From an uncultured Spirochaetota bacterium (GTDB lineage: Bacteria > Spirochaetota > UBA4802 > UBA5550): 64,000 nt of DNA. Each line of letters begins with the position of its first letter. Within the stretch, counting starts at the first letter, position 1. Made by a program: the position numbers and the translations under genes. This document shows, one piece after another, positions 52,260 through 63,603 of the stretch. The notes under the pieces were generated by a model, which worked only from the letters and a program-made list of their open reading frames with translations, was not told where the DNA came from and did not search any database. Where the stretch lies: the NCBI GenBank assembly GCA_963827275.1, contig CAWHAA010000004.1, positions 224,001 to 288,000 on the forward strand, in the 5' to 3' direction.

Positions 52260-52456
52260 CACGAAACTCCTTGTTCAGCGGCGCGTGTCCGCCACGGGTA
52301 TTGTATAATTGCGTTACAATTCAGCGCCAGAGGTTCACTTCGGGTGCTGGTGCCAGTTTCCGATAAGAATTGCCGTCGTCGACTCCTGTGTACGAAATTT
52401 ATACGGGTAGGCAAAATATCAAGAACTTTTCATCGATTTTTTTTCAAAAATGATCG

Positions 52457-53320
52457 CTATGTATCTTCAAATTTGCGCAGTGTTCCGATCCTGCTTCCCA
52501 TTCGCACCCGGTCCCCCGGCGTGAAGCTGTCGAATTCAATTGCGCCTTTCTGGAAGAGCAGTATCACGGTCGATCCGAGGTGGAATACGCCGATTTCATC
52601 CCCGGCCCTTACCGGGACCCGCTCGCCGGGCTGGAAGAGCACCTCCTTCCTTCTGCGAAACGTCCGGTTGGTCTGTAAATCGCAATAAGAGAGGCGTATC
52701 TTTCCGACGTTCAGGGCGCCGACCTTGCAGACCGCAACGGTGCCCGCCGGCGAATCGATATAGGTGATCACCCGCTCGTTTTTCACAAAGAGGCCGGAGA
52801 GCTTCCGCACCATCCAGTCCTGGACTGTATAGAGGGTCCCGGGGAGATTGTAATATCCGGCGACGGTGCCGCTGACCGGCGCGTGAATCCGGTGATAATC
52901 GGACGGCGAGAGATAGAGGGTCATGAAGCTGCCCCAGAGAAATTTTCTGAACATGTCGGACGGAACAAGGTTCTGGAGCGAATACCCGATTCCCTTTGCC
53001 TGCATGATGGTCATGTCGCGTATCTCTCCGTACTGGTCGACGCGGGCGTCGACAGGGGAGACGGCGAAGTCGCCGGAGCGGTCGACCGGGTGGGAGCCTT
53101 CAGCCATTTCCCTGGTGAAAAACTGGTCAAGGTTTCTGAATCCGCCGGCCGGGACGATGTATTCTTCCCGCACGGCGAAGGCGGCCTTGTACCAGCGTAT
53201 GATGCGCTGCAGCAACGGCTGCGGCAGGGGGACCCCGGCGATGTATCCGAAGAGGCGTGAGATCAGGCTCAGCGGCAGTAGCTTGTACAGAACGATGGTC
53301 AGTGCTGCGGGCAATTTCAT
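52457..53320 (-). CDS. psd: Phosphatidylserine decarboxylase proenzyme
   Basis: FFTR, SPVD, QAKG..YS, YLSPSDYHRIHAP, NERV, VGALNVG, FHLGSTVILLF (LGST cleavage site). Confidence 0.95.
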   Translation of the reverse strand: MKLPAALTIVLYKLLPLSLISRLFGYIAGVPLPQPLLQRIIRWYKAAFAVREEYIVPAGGFRNLDQFFTREMAEGSHPVDRSGDFAVSPVDARVDQYGEIRDMTIMQAKGIGYSLQNLVPSDMFRKFLWGSFMTLYLSPSDYHRIHAPVSGTVAGYYNLPGTLYTVQDWMVRKLSGLFVKNERVITYIDSPAGTVAVCKVGALNVGKIRLSYCDLQTNRTFRRRKEVLFQPGERVPVRAGDEIGVFHLGSTVILLFQKGAIEFDSFTPGDRVRMGSRIGTLRKFEDT

Positions 53321-53555
53321 GGCGGTACTTCCGGTACGGGTATGTTTCGAATTTTCAGATAGTTTATCTGGTATGTTGCGCGTGGCGTTGTGTCAAGTAT
53401 AAAAGATAGTTGGAGCTTATTGCCGATACCTGCCGGTCCGGTAACTCCTGCCGAAAAATTACCTGCTGTCATTTGCCCCGTGATGGCCAACTATATCTTG
53501 ACATTAATGCGCGAATGAATAATTGTTTGATTTAATTGATATCAGGTTGCGCAGG

Positions 53556-53978
53556 ATGATGAAACGGGCATTCATCTTTATGTTGTTAATGGCAGCGTGC
53601 CGGTGCGGCTGGGCGCAGGAGCGGTTCGCGCCCTGGGACGCTGACGTCGCCGTCGGCGACGAGGCCCTGCGCGCGGCGGAGGCCTGCCCGGCTTCTGCGG
53701 CCCATTGCCGTGGAATGGCCGGAGAGCCGGCGGCGGGGATATATGATTCATTCAGGGGCGGCGCCAACCTGATGATCCGCGTCTTCCAGCTCTGGATCTC
53801 GCCGCTTGACGGGCCGAGCTGCCGCTTCAGCCCCACCTGCAGCGCGTACGGGATTGCCGCGGTGCGGAAGCACGGCGCCGTCCTCGGCGGGTTCCTGGCG
53901 GGGGACCGGATCCTTCGCTGTAACCCGTTCACAAAACCCGGCAGGGACCCGGTGCCGGACATCCTGTTTGACAGATAA
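53556..53978 (+). CDS. yidD: YidD (membrane protein insertion efficiency factor) domain protein with N-terminal signal peptide
   Basis: Q..ISP....CRFSPTCSAY...AV.KHG...G.....RILRCNPF...G.DPVP; preceded by MKRAFIFMLLMAACRCGWA. Confidence 0.85.
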   Translation: MMKRAFIFMLLMAACRCGWAQERFAPWDADVAVGDEALRAAEACPASAAHCRGMAGEPAAGIYDSFRGGANLMIRVFQLWISPLDGPSCRFSPTCSAYGIAAVRKHGAVLGGFLAGDRILRCNPFTKPGRDPVPDILFDR

Positions 53979-53985
53979 CCCCCGC

Positions 53986-54895
53986 ATGAAATATGTCATC
54001 ATAGCTTCGGTATTATTGCTCCTGGCCCTCCCGCCTGTCCGCCGCGGACGGAAGCGCCCTCGCCGGCAGGCAGAAAAGCTTTGTGATGGACCTCTTTTCG
54101 CAGAAACGATATTTCGACGCCATCGCCGAGACGCGGAGGCTCATGGCTTTTGATCCCCGGATCGGCCTCAACCCTGATTACGAATTCTTCATTAACGCGA
54201 ATTATTTCCTGGGCGGACAATACGGGACCGCGGTGAAAAACATCACGGCAAAGCCCGGGCCCCTGGATCCCCGCGAGGGGATACTCCTTTCGCAGTCGTA
54301 TCTGAAGCTGGGCATGAACGCCGATTCCCTTGCGGCCGCGTGTGCCATATCGTACAAACGGGCGGAGGCGTCGGCACGGTATGCGCTCCTTGCACGCAAG
54401 GCGGAAGCGTACCTCGAGTGCGGGAAGTACGGGGAGCTGCTCGATGAGATAACCGCGGCGGAGCGGTACGTCGGGGAGCGGGAGAAGATCGCGCGGCTGC
54501 GGGACGAGGTTGCGCGGTACGGGGGGCTCCGCCGCCGGTCGGTGCCGCTTGCGGTCGCGCTCTCGGTGTTCATCCCCGGCGCGGGCCAGATGTACGCGGG
54601 CAGGTACCTTGCGGGCGCCATGAGCTTTCTCGGCGTTGCCGCCGCGGCGGGCGGCGCCTGTTATTTTTACCGCCGCGAGATGAATGACCTCGCGTACGTG
54701 TTCATCTTTTTGTCGTCGCTGCTGTATGCCGGCAACATCTACGGCGCGTTCAACGCCGCCCAATCGGCGAACCTTGAAGCCGGCAGCGCCTACAGGGAGA
54801 CGGTACGGAAAAAATGCATTCCTGAATATGACCCGGCGGCCGACGCGCGGATCGACTCGCTCTTCCCCCGGGGGCAGGGAGGAGATGTGCCGTGA
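53986..54895 (+). CDS. TPR + C-terminal membrane (IPGAGQMY) protein (frameshift near 54030)
   Basis: Signal peptide from ATG 53986 joins the 54083 ORF after one indel; YFDAIAETRR; A..LS..IPGAGQMYAG. Confidence 0.72.
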
Positions 54896-55770
54896 TGAGC
54901 GGAAGGAGCAGGGCGGGGGCGGCGCTCGCGGCCGCCCTGTTGGTCGCGATATGCGGCAGTGCCGCGCGCGCCGGCGAGGCGGATATGCTGGACCTGGCGG
55001 AGCGGTATTATAAGAGCGGCGACTATTACTCGACGATCACCGAGATCATGCGGTACCGCTTCATCTATCCCTCGGGCAATCATACGCCGCGCGTAATGCT
55101 CCTGATGGGCAAGGCATACTGGAAAGGGAACAACATCAGGAAAGCGGCGGAACTCATGAATGCCTGCCACGCCGGCTTTCCCGGGTCTGCCGAAGGCGAG
55201 GAGGCGCTCTACCTGGCCGGTTTCATCCCGCTTACGGGCGGTATGCCGGTGGAGGCGATGCAGGCGCAGGACGCGTACCGCGCCGCCTACCGGCACGGCA
55301 GGTTCATGGAGGAACTGGCGCGCGACGCGTGCGCCGCGCCCGCGCTCGCCATGGACCTGCGCGGCGCCCTCAGCAACATCGGGGCCTACCGCTGGCGGTA
55401 CCCGGGCGGGAGATACGCCGGGGACATGGACCGCCTGGAGGGGGCGATCGCGGAGGAGACGCGCCGGCCGCGCCGGCACCTGTGGGCCTCGGTGCTCGGG
55501 TCGGTGTTCATCCCCGGCTTCGGGCATTTTTACACGGGGAATTACGCTACCGGGGTCCTTACCTTGTTCACCAACGCGCTGTGCGGGTTCATGATATACA
55601 ACGCGAGCCGGCGCCATGACACGTTCCAGACCGTCCTCTTCAGCGTCGCCGGCGCGGCGGTGTACCAGTACAACATCTTCAGCGCCATCAGGGTCGTGGA
55701 TGAATACAACGGGAAGCGGGACCGGGAATTTTTCAGGAAGGTGCGGCTGGGGATCAGCTCGGCGTTCTGA
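54892..55770 (+). CDS. TPR + C-terminal membrane (IPGFGHFY) protein, paralogous architecture
   Basis: Signal peptide; YYSTITEIMRY.F.YP; SVFIPGFGHFYTG; start overlaps the upstream stop. Confidence 0.75.
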   Translation: MMSGRSRAGAALAAALLVAICGSAARAGEADMLDLAERYYKSGDYYSTITEIMRYRFIYPSGNHTPRVMLLMGKAYWKGNNIRKAAELMNACHAGFPGSAEGEEALYLAGFIPLTGGMPVEAMQAQDAYRAAYRHGRFMEELARDACAAPALAMDLRGALSNIGAYRWRYPGGRYAGDMDRLEGAIAEETRRPRRHLWASVLGSVFIPGFGHFYTGNYATGVLTLFTNALCGFMIYNASRRHDTFQTVLFSVAGAAVYQYNIFSAIRVVDEYNGKRDREFFRKVRLGISSAF

Positions 55771-55870
55771 GCGGTGCGCAATGGACAACGCAATATCTGG
55801 CAGGCGATTTTACAATAAATAGTTGATTCCCGCACTGCCCGGTCATCTACTGTCCGGCACGGAGGAAGCC

Positions 55871-56659
55871 ATGAATATGTTCGATGAAGATGTCGCGGTG
55901 GTGGAGACTGGCGCCGGCGTGTTCGAGGGAACGGTCTCCGGCAACTGGTCGGTGAACGGCAATCCCAACGGGGGCTACCTCATGGCGATCCTGGCCGGCG
56001 CGATGACGGCGCGCTCCGAAAAGAAATCGACGCCGATCGTGACGGCAAACTATATCGCGCGGTGCGTCCCGGGAAAGGTGGAGGTCCGCCTCGAGGAGGT
56101 CTCGCGCACGGCGCAGTTCAACCGCTACGACGCCAGGCTCCTCCAGGACGGGAAGGAGAAGATCCGCGCCCTGGGGACGTGGGCGGTTGAAAAAAACGAC
56201 TGCGCCATGGAGCGCTACGAGACCGGCGCGCCGGAACTCGCGCCCGTGGCATCCTGCGTGCAGATACCCGAGATACCGCTGTACACCCTCTTCCACAACC
56301 TTGACATGCGCCTGGACCCGGCAAGCGCGTTGTGGATCCAGGGGAAGACGGCGGAGAAATCAGAGCAGAAGGGCTGGGTGAAATTCAGGGACGGCCGCCG
56401 CTACGACCTCCTGTCCCTCTTCCTCATCGCGGACTCCATCCCGCCGGCGATCTTCGTGAGCCAGGGACCGGCGGCATGGGTGCCCACCATCGAGCTTTCC
56501 ACAAACATCAGGAACATGCCGCAGACCGAGTGGCTCAGGTTCAGCCTCCGGACCCGCTTTGTCACCTGCGGGCTCCTTGAAGCGGACGGCGAGGTGTGGG
56601 ACGACGCGGGTAACCTCGTTTCGATTTCACGGCAGATCGCGCAGATACGGAAGATCTGA
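55871..56659 (+). CDS. TesB-like double-hotdog thioesterase family protein
   Basis: W...GNPNGGYLMA, ADSIPP, WVPTIELS, DGEVWD..G.LV..SRQ; GGAGG RBS. Confidence 0.88.
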   Translation: MNMFDEDVAVVETGAGVFEGTVSGNWSVNGNPNGGYLMAILAGAMTARSEKKSTPIVTANYIARCVPGKVEVRLEEVSRTAQFNRYDARLLQDGKEKIRALGTWAVEKNDCAMERYETGAPELAPVASCVQIPEIPLYTLFHNLDMRLDPASALWIQGKTAEKSEQKGWVKFRDGRRYDLLSLFLIADSIPPAIFVSQGPAAWVPTIELSTNIRNMPQTEWLRFSLRTRFVTCGLLEADGEVWDDAGNLVSISRQIAQIRKI

Positions 56660-56663
56660 GCGC

Positions 56664-56873
56664 CCCTGCGTCCTTTGTGATGAACAATGCAATCGGTTTG
56701 TATGCAGCATTGTCAAGATCAACCACGGAGGATACAGAGCGCCGGTCGTTTTGCTAAGGCTTGAGGATACAATCTCATATTAAGTCATACTATAAAAGTT
56801 ACAAGCGTAATTGAAAGAAATATCTGAAGAAAACAACCGATCCTCTGTGTCCTCTGTAAACTCTAAGGTGAAT
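56664..56873. repeat. CACCACAGAG-type extragenic repeats, second cluster
   Basis: CCCTGCGTCCTTTGTGATGAA (56664), TCAACCACGGAGGATACAGAG (56719), inverted CCTCTGTGTCCTCTGTAAACTCTAAGGTGAA (56842). Confidence 0.6.
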
Positions 56874-56957
56874 TATTGATGAGCATGTTGCGCGGGCTGA
56901 ATATTTTTATTGCAATCTGCGGCGCCGTATGCTATACTATTGATCGAGGTACGGGGA

Positions 56958-57614
56958 ATGGATGATCTTCTTGAAGAAAGCGGCGGCCTCGCCGACCCGG
57001 TTGAAGAGGAGAGCGCGGTCAGGCTCATAGATTTTGACGACCTCCTGAGGAACAATGACATCGAGACCGCGGCCCAGCGTCTTTCCGAGGGCGCCTTCGA
57101 GATCGCCGACTTCATGAAGAAGGACATTATCGACCGCTTTCTCGAATTCATATTTTTCAAGATATCCACCGGGAGCATGGACATCCCGAACATGGCGTAT
57201 CCCACAAAGCGCATGCTCGACAGGGAGCTGGAAAAAAAGATCATCGAGCTTATCAATAACCACCTCTACCCGGAAATAATATTCAGGCTCCTCAAGTTTT
57301 TTACCCGTAATGTCCATGACGCGGACACGAACCTGTATATGGCCAACCTGATTTATTCGGAAGATATCATCAAATCGATCTATGACACCTATGCTCTTTT
57401 CAAGAAGGATATTTTCAAGGATGACCGGGACCGCCGGACCCTGAACGTCAAGCGGATGCAGCAGTATTCGTCCCGCTCCGACAACAAGCTGTCGTCGCCG
57501 CTTGACGCGGCAGCGCGCCTGAAGTATATCCTCGAGTTTTTCCTGGTCAAATACGATGTGTCCCACCTGTATACGAAGGAAGACCTTCGCCTGTGGCGGC
57601 CGGGGCAGGTTTAG
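56958..57614 (+). CDS. Hypothetical protein
   Basis: 218-aa ORF with GAGG RBS and host codon usage; mostly helical-looking. Confidence 0.75.
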   Translation: MDDLLEESGGLADPVEEESAVRLIDFDDLLRNNDIETAAQRLSEGAFEIADFMKKDIIDRFLEFIFFKISTGSMDIPNMAYPTKRMLDRELEKKIIELINNHLYPEIIFRLLKFFTRNVHDADTNLYMANLIYSEDIIKSIYDTYALFKKDIFKDDRDRRTLNVKRMQQYSSRSDNKLSSPLDAAARLKYILEFFLVKYDVSHLYTKEDLRLWRPGQV

Positions 57615-58080
57615 TAGTTCCTGTGGCCGTGGATCTTCTCGACGACGTCGTCATTGCTCCGCTCCACCTCGTTGAGGTAGATGTTTTCAAAACGCTGTGA
57701 ATCCCTGAAGGTCGTCTCGTTATAGCGCGGCTCATAGGTGCGGATAAGCCAGTACATGATGTCCTGCACGTCCTTCACCGTGCCTTCGTCCACGATGGTG
57801 AACTTGAAATAGAGCTGTGTCAGGTCCAGCTCCTTGATGATCTCGGGATACTTGGTCGAATACGGGTCCATGAATTTCTTGAACCCGACCCTGCAGCCGT
57901 CGCGGTGGCAGCTGTAAAAGATGAGGTAGTCTGTCCGCGACTGGTTCATGTACAGGAGCGCGATGATGCCGCCGAGCTCCGGCATTTTCCTCATCGCGTC
58001 AAAGCGGTCGTAGGGATGGGGGGCGACCATGCCAGCGTATAATACACTTCGTTGCCGATCACTGTTTTTTTCATAGCCAT
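57611..58080 (-). CDS. Hypothetical protein, possibly a degenerate GIY-YIG-like fold (frameshift near 58015)
   Basis: RBS + MAMKKTVIGNEVYYTLAWSP joins PYDRF..MPELGGII.L...WLIRTYEPRYN after an indel in a G run. Confidence 0.65.
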
Positions 58081-58158
58081 CCTTTCCTTCAGCGGTTATC
58101 TGTATTTGTTCCCGCGATATTTGTCAACCGGTATATGCGGCGGAAACGGCGTTCGGGC

Positions 58159-59507
58159 CTACTGCGCCTTGATGCTTCCGATCCTGGCAATAACCCGGAT
58201 GAAGTAAAATCCGAAATTGGACAGGTTCTCACCCTCGCGGAGGTATATCCGCTTGATGATGAAGGCGCAGGCAAACTTTTTCATGTCCATGCTTTTTATG
58301 ATCTTGAAAAGAGCGCTGAAGCTCTCCTCGAAGAATATGGTGAACATCATCGTGAGAAACTGCTCGATCTGTTCCTGGTTCTGGCCCGAGTAGAATTTCG
58401 AAAAGCTCTCCTTGCGGTCGAAGTAAAGAAATTTTTCCGCGAAGGTCTTCACCCCGTAGTCCTGGACCAGGAGATAGCTCACGACATATACGGCCTCCGC
58501 GGCGAACTTGGCCATGTCGGTCCTGAGCTTGAACGACTGGAAGAGCAGGGCCGTCTTTTCTTTATCGATTCTTCCGGGATGTCGCGCAGGGAGGCGTGCC
58601 CTTCGGGCTCGAATATGGCGCTGATGGTCCGGTCGATCATGCCGCCGTACTGCCTGCCGAACGGGGTCATCATCATGCGGTCGGTGAAGGATTCGGAACG
58701 CGGGTGGTGCGGGGCGAAGTCCGGGCCCGGTGCCGTTTCGGCCTGTACCGCTTCGCGCGCCGTTTCGCGCGTTGTCTGCATCTTGTTGTACATCACCGCG
58801 TGGAACCTGTCCAGCGTCTCACGGACCCTGACGCCGATCTCGTGGATCGAGAGGCGCGGGGCCCTTTTGAGGAGGAGGACTTTCTTCTTGGAGATGTCGT
58901 CCTCGTTGAAGAAAAATTTGATGTAGGTGCGGTCGTTGTAGAAGTCATGGCGGTTGAGCATGGTGCTGTAGGCGTCGTGCAGGGAGGCCGCAATGATGCC
59001 GTGCTGGGCCTTGGTCGATATGGCGAGCCCCATCTCGCTCAGGTCCATGAATGACTTCACGTGGCCCCTGAGCTCGTTCAGCGGTATGGCCAGGGTGGTG
59101 TTGTTCTTGCCCATGTTCACGTTGTACTGCTGGACCTGGTGCGTGAGGCGGTTTTCCAGCACGTTTTTCAGGTTGATGAATGACGAGATGCCTTCCGGGT
59201 TTTCAAAATCTGAAAAGATCAGGGATATGTATTCCACCTCGAGGTCCTTGGAGCCCTTGAGCGCCACGTTGTATATCCGCGTTATGGCCTGTATGTTCTC
59301 GAGGAGCTTGACGACCATGCTTGTCTGGTGGCTGTTGAGCCGGTAGTTGAAGTTGATGAGGCCGGAGATTTTTCCCTCGTTCAGGATTTCGGCGTAATCC
59401 GTCAGCTTGTTTATTATTTTGTTGAAGACGTTGTAGTCGATGAAATTTAAAATTTCATCCAGCAGCCCCTCGGGCTGAACGTCTTCCTGTCTTTTCTCAT
59501 CCGCCAT
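58159..59507 (-). CDS. Hypothetical protein (frameshift near 58555)
   Basis: GGAG RBS; the 352-aa ORF turns non-protein-like at a T homopolymer where the 58159-58515 frame takes over. Confidence 0.7.
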
Positions 59508-59663
59508 GTCGCCTTTCTCCATGCAGGTACACAGCATTATACACGGATCGGACTGTTATGTAAACAAAAAAATTGGGCGGCGACGGCGGGTAAAATCTTC
59601 TTGAATATGCGGACCGGGCATGTATGATGTCCCACGTAAATTTTTGTACCGGCGGAGTGCCGC

Positions 59664-60340
59664 ATGATCCTTCGCGTAGAAAATATCCGGAAAGAGTACC
59701 GGATTGCCGGCGTCAGAAAAAACGTCCTGTCCGGAATAGACCTTCTTCTCACCGCGGGCCAGATATGCGCGATAACCGGCGCATCCGGCTGCGGGAAGAC
59801 CACGCTCATGAACGTCATCGCCGGCATTACCGCGCCGGACGGCGGAACGGTTTCGATCAACGACCGGCGGATGCGCTATGCGCTGGACATGCTATCCTCG
59901 CGGCGCCGCAACCGGGAGATCGGTTTTATCTTCCAGACCTTCCGGCTCCTGAACGACGAGACGGTGCTCTCCAATGTCCTCCTGCCGGCGCGGATACGCG
60001 GCCGGGTCGGACGCTGAGACGAGGGAGCGCGCCGATGAAATGATCGGAGCGCCTCCGGATCTACAAGTTACCGGAAGACGAAGGCGGCCATCCTCTCCGG
60101 CGGGCAGAAGCAGCGGGTCGCGATCGCGCGCGCCCTGGTGAACCGGCCCGGCCCTGATCCTCGCCGACGAGCCCACCGCGAACCTCGACAAAAGGACCGC
60201 CCGGGAGATATTCGATATTCTGTTCGATTTGAAAAAGGAGGGGAAGGCGGTGCTTATCGTGACGCACGACGAGTATTGTTCATAGGAAGGCGGACCTGGT
60301 GTATGCCATGGAAGACGGGAGACTGAAGGCGGCCGTATGA
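59664..60340 (+). CDS. LolD/MacB-type ABC ATPase (several frameshifts)
   Basis: [47 protein letters not shown] in successive frames; TGA overlaps the next ATG. Confidence 0.85.
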
Positions 60341-61647
60341 TACAGAAGCTCTACCTTCTCGGCAAGGAGCTGGCGGGCAACAGGTTTATCAGCGCCATCG
60401 TGCTCCTGTCGGTGTTCCTCTCGGTGTTCGCCGTCGGCCTCTACCGCGTCGCGGGCGACGGGCTGGCGCGCTACGTGCAGCGACCGTTTCGCCGCCTCGA
60501 TACCGCCGAACACCATCAGGGTGTCCACCCGGCAGCCGCGCTCGCTCTTCCTGTTCGAGCTGGAGCGGCCGAAGGCCGCGGGCATCGGCGACGGGACGCT
60601 GCGGGCGATCGTCCGCCTGGGCGGGGTCACTGAAATCAATCCCGTGGCCGCCCTGCGGATCCCGGTCCAGGCGCGGGTATCGTACATGGGCTACAATTAC
60701 CGGAGCGACATCCTTGCCTTCGGCGTGCCGTACCGTCTTGTCGCCGGCGACCTGGCCGGGACACGATATCGCAGGATGTGGAACGACCCCGCCCGGGAGA
60801 AGGTGATACCCGTCCTGGTGCCGCGCACCATACTGCGCTCGTTCAACGACGGCATGGCGGCGGCGAACGGCCTTCCCCGCGTATCGGAGCGGGGAACGGT
60901 CGGCTTCGGTTTCAGGCTCCTCGTGGGAAAGTCGAGCATCAGGGCCCTGGAGGGACACGAGGAATCGGACGCGGTCGTCGCGGGGTTCACGGACCAGGTC
61001 GATTCCTTCGCCCTGCATCCTTCCGCTGGACCTGGTTACCGCCTACAACGCCAGGTTCTTCCCGGGCCACCGCAACGAATACCAGTACGCGTATGTGAAG
61101 GTGAAGGATCACGCGGCGCTCGTGAGGGTCACGTCCCGGGATACAGAAGATGGGGCTGGTCGTCGAGTCGGAGAAGGCCGTTTCACGGCAGATACTGAAG
61201 CTCAGGGAGACCATCGCGCTGGTCATCGGCATGCTCCAGGCGGTGATCATCATCATCGCGGTCATCGCCATCTCCTTGGCGACGATGATTGCGACCATGT
61301 TCAACCGCATCGAGTATTACCGCATCCTGCGGGTCCTCGGCGCGTCGAGGACTCTTCCTGACAGCGACCATCGTGATAAAGTACGCCCTCCTCGGGCTTG
61401 CCGGCGCCTGGGGCGGGCTGCGCTCCTGCTGGCAGTATGTCACGGGGCAGGTTGCGGAGTATTTCAACCTCACCGGCATCATGGTGCCGGCGGCCGTGCC
61501 CGACGATACATTTCGCAGATCCTCTTCTACGGCACGCTGGTCCCGGTGCTCTCCGCGGTCCCGGCCCTGGTACGGCTCTATTTCAAGGGGTTGAGCGGGG
61601 ACTTAGCGCCTGCCATGTGTCACGGGGATCTTTTCTTGCGGCAGTAA
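60337..61647 (+). CDS. FtsX/MacB-type ABC permease (several frameshifts)
   Basis: N-terminal TM, large periplasmic domain, C-terminal TMs with R.EY..ILRVLGASR; end approximate (61606-61647). Confidence 0.72.
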
Positions 61648-61730
61648 AAAATACATTGACGAAAATAATTGGCGGCGATGTAATAATTCTCGAATTCCAT
61701 CTATTGATAGTATTCAGGAGAGTATCATAT

Positions 61731-62491
61731 ATGTTTAACCGTATGGTTTCGTGGCTCTTTTTTGTCTTTCGTGGCAGTGACCTCGATATCTTTTCTATCT
61801 CATTGCCGCTGCTTATCAGGCTCGTTACCTATCCCTTTGACCGGCGGCTCCGGCTCCTCCATCTCTTCACCTGCTTCTGGGCGTCGCTCTATACCTGGAT
61901 CATGCCGTCCTGGCGGATCAAGGTCGAGGGGAGGGAGAAGGTCAGGAAGAACGCCACATACATGGTCGTGTCGAACCACCAGTCCCAGCTCGACATCCTG
62001 GTCGCCTTCAGGCTCTTCTTCCATTACAAGTGGGTGTCGAAGATCGAGATGTTCAAGGTGCCGCTCATCGGCTGGAACATGACCTGAACCGCTACGTCAA
62101 GCTGAAGCGGGGCGACAAGGAGAGCATCGAGCAGATGATGAGGGACTGCGAGGAGCGCCTCGCAGAGGGGAGCTCCGTGTTCTTCTTTCCCGAGGGGACC
62201 GGTCGCCGGACGGCGTCGTGAAGTCCTTCAAGATGGGCGCGTTTCAGCTCGCGAAGAAGATGAAGATCCCCATCCTTCCCATCGTGATCAGCGGCACGAA
62301 CAAGGCGCTCCCGAAATACAGCGTCAATTTCCACGGCGTGCAGAAGATCTATCTCAAGATATTTCGCCGAGATCTCCTACAAAACGTTTGAAAATCTGTC
62401 TGTTGAAGAGACCGCTGACATGGTGCGGAATTTTATCATCGAGAAACTGAAGATCATGGACCGGTATACCCTGGGGAGTGATCCCAAATGA
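61731..62491 (+). CDS. plsC: 1-acyl-sn-glycerol-3-phosphate acyltransferase (frameshifted)
   Basis: AGGAG RBS; VSNHQSQLD, FFPEGT, FKMGAF.LA, PILPIVI in successive frames; stop overlaps the next start. Confidence 0.85.
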
Positions 62492-63555
62492 AGGAGCGGG
62501 TGTATTTCCTTCCGGCCGATGGCCGGCCCGATGACGCGGCGGAGAGCGCCCGTCTTGCTGATGCCATCCGGTCCGGGGGACTGTTCGATTTCATCGCTGA
62601 AAGGGACATGGTCGCGGTCAAGACGCATTTCGGCGAGGGGCCGAAGACCGGCCATGTGCGGCCCGTCTATTTGAAAATGCTGGGCGAGGCCGTGCGTGAA
62701 AGAAAGGGCTGCCCCTTCCTCACCGAGACCCAGACCCTGTACAAGGGGAACCGGACCGACGCCGTGCTGCACCTGAACCACGCCCAGTCCCAGGGCTACG
62801 GGTACGAGCACACCGGGATGCCCATCATCATGGCGGACGGCCTTTTCGGCGATGAGGAAATTGAGGTCCCGGTGCCCGGCAGGCTCTACCGCTCGGTGAA
62901 GCTCGCCTCCGGCATCGTGAAGGCGAACGCGCTGGTGGTGGTCTCGCATTTCACCGGTCACCTCGGCACGGGGTTCGGCTGCGCCCTTAAGAACATGGGC
63001 ATGGGTTGCTCGAGCCGCAGGGGGAAGATGGCCCAGCATTCCACGGCGAAGCCGAAGATCAAGGCGAAGGCCTGCACCCGCTGCGGCGTGTGCGTCAAAT
63101 GGTGCCCGGCATCCGCGATCACCATGGAGGAAAAGAGCGCCGTGATACGGTCCGCCTCGTGCATCGGCTGCGGGCAGTGCCTGGCGGTGTGCCGCTTCGA
63201 CGCGGTCGCCTATAACTGGGGCGCGACCTATGAAGATCTCCAGAAGAAGGTTGCGGAGCATGCCTGGGGCGTTGCACTGGGGAAGAAGGACAAGATGGTC
63301 TGTATTAATTTTCTCACGCGGATATCAAAGGACTGCGACTGCATGACGGGCTTTGATCCCATCGCCCCGGACATCGGCGTTCTCGTTTCACGCGACCCGG
63401 TCGCGGTCGATGCCGCCTCCCTTGACCTGGTGGAGGAGCGCACCGGGAAAAAGCTTTCCGAGCTTGCCTACGACATCCCCTACCGGTTCCAGGTGGATTA
63501 TTCCCGTGAAATCGGCTTCGGGAACACGGAGTACGACCTGGTCACCCTGTCCTGA
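62488..63555 (+). CDS. DUF362 family Fe-S protein with a 2x[4Fe-4S] ferredoxin insert
   Basis: VAVKTHFGE, IIMADGL, SHFTGH...FG.ALKNMGMG, CTRCGVC...CP, CIGCGQC...C, DCDC, DPVAVD.AS. Confidence 0.92.
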   Translation: MKERVYFLPADGRPDDAAESARLADAIRSGGLFDFIAERDMVAVKTHFGEGPKTGHVRPVYLKMLGEAVRERKGCPFLTETQTLYKGNRTDAVLHLNHAQSQGYGYEHTGMPIIMADGLFGDEEIEVPVPGRLYRSVKLASGIVKANALVVVSHFTGHLGTGFGCALKNMGMGCSSRRGKMAQHSTAKPKIKAKACTRCGVCVKWCPASAITMEEKSAVIRSASCIGCGQCLAVCRFDAVAYNWGATYEDLQKKVAEHAWGVALGKKDKMVCINFLTRISKDCDCMTGFDPIAPDIGVLVSRDPVAVDAASLDLVEERTGKKLSELAYDIPYRFQVDYSREIGFGNTEYDLVTLS

Positions 63556-63603
63556 CGATACGGAAATACCGCATCCCGCATTAATTTCTTGACAATATTG
63601 ATG

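Noticed and set aside
52270..52420. Riboswitch in the long leader of the cytidylate-kinase-like gene
   Set aside because: Only a CTTATC word resembles SAM-I; the core motifs are absent
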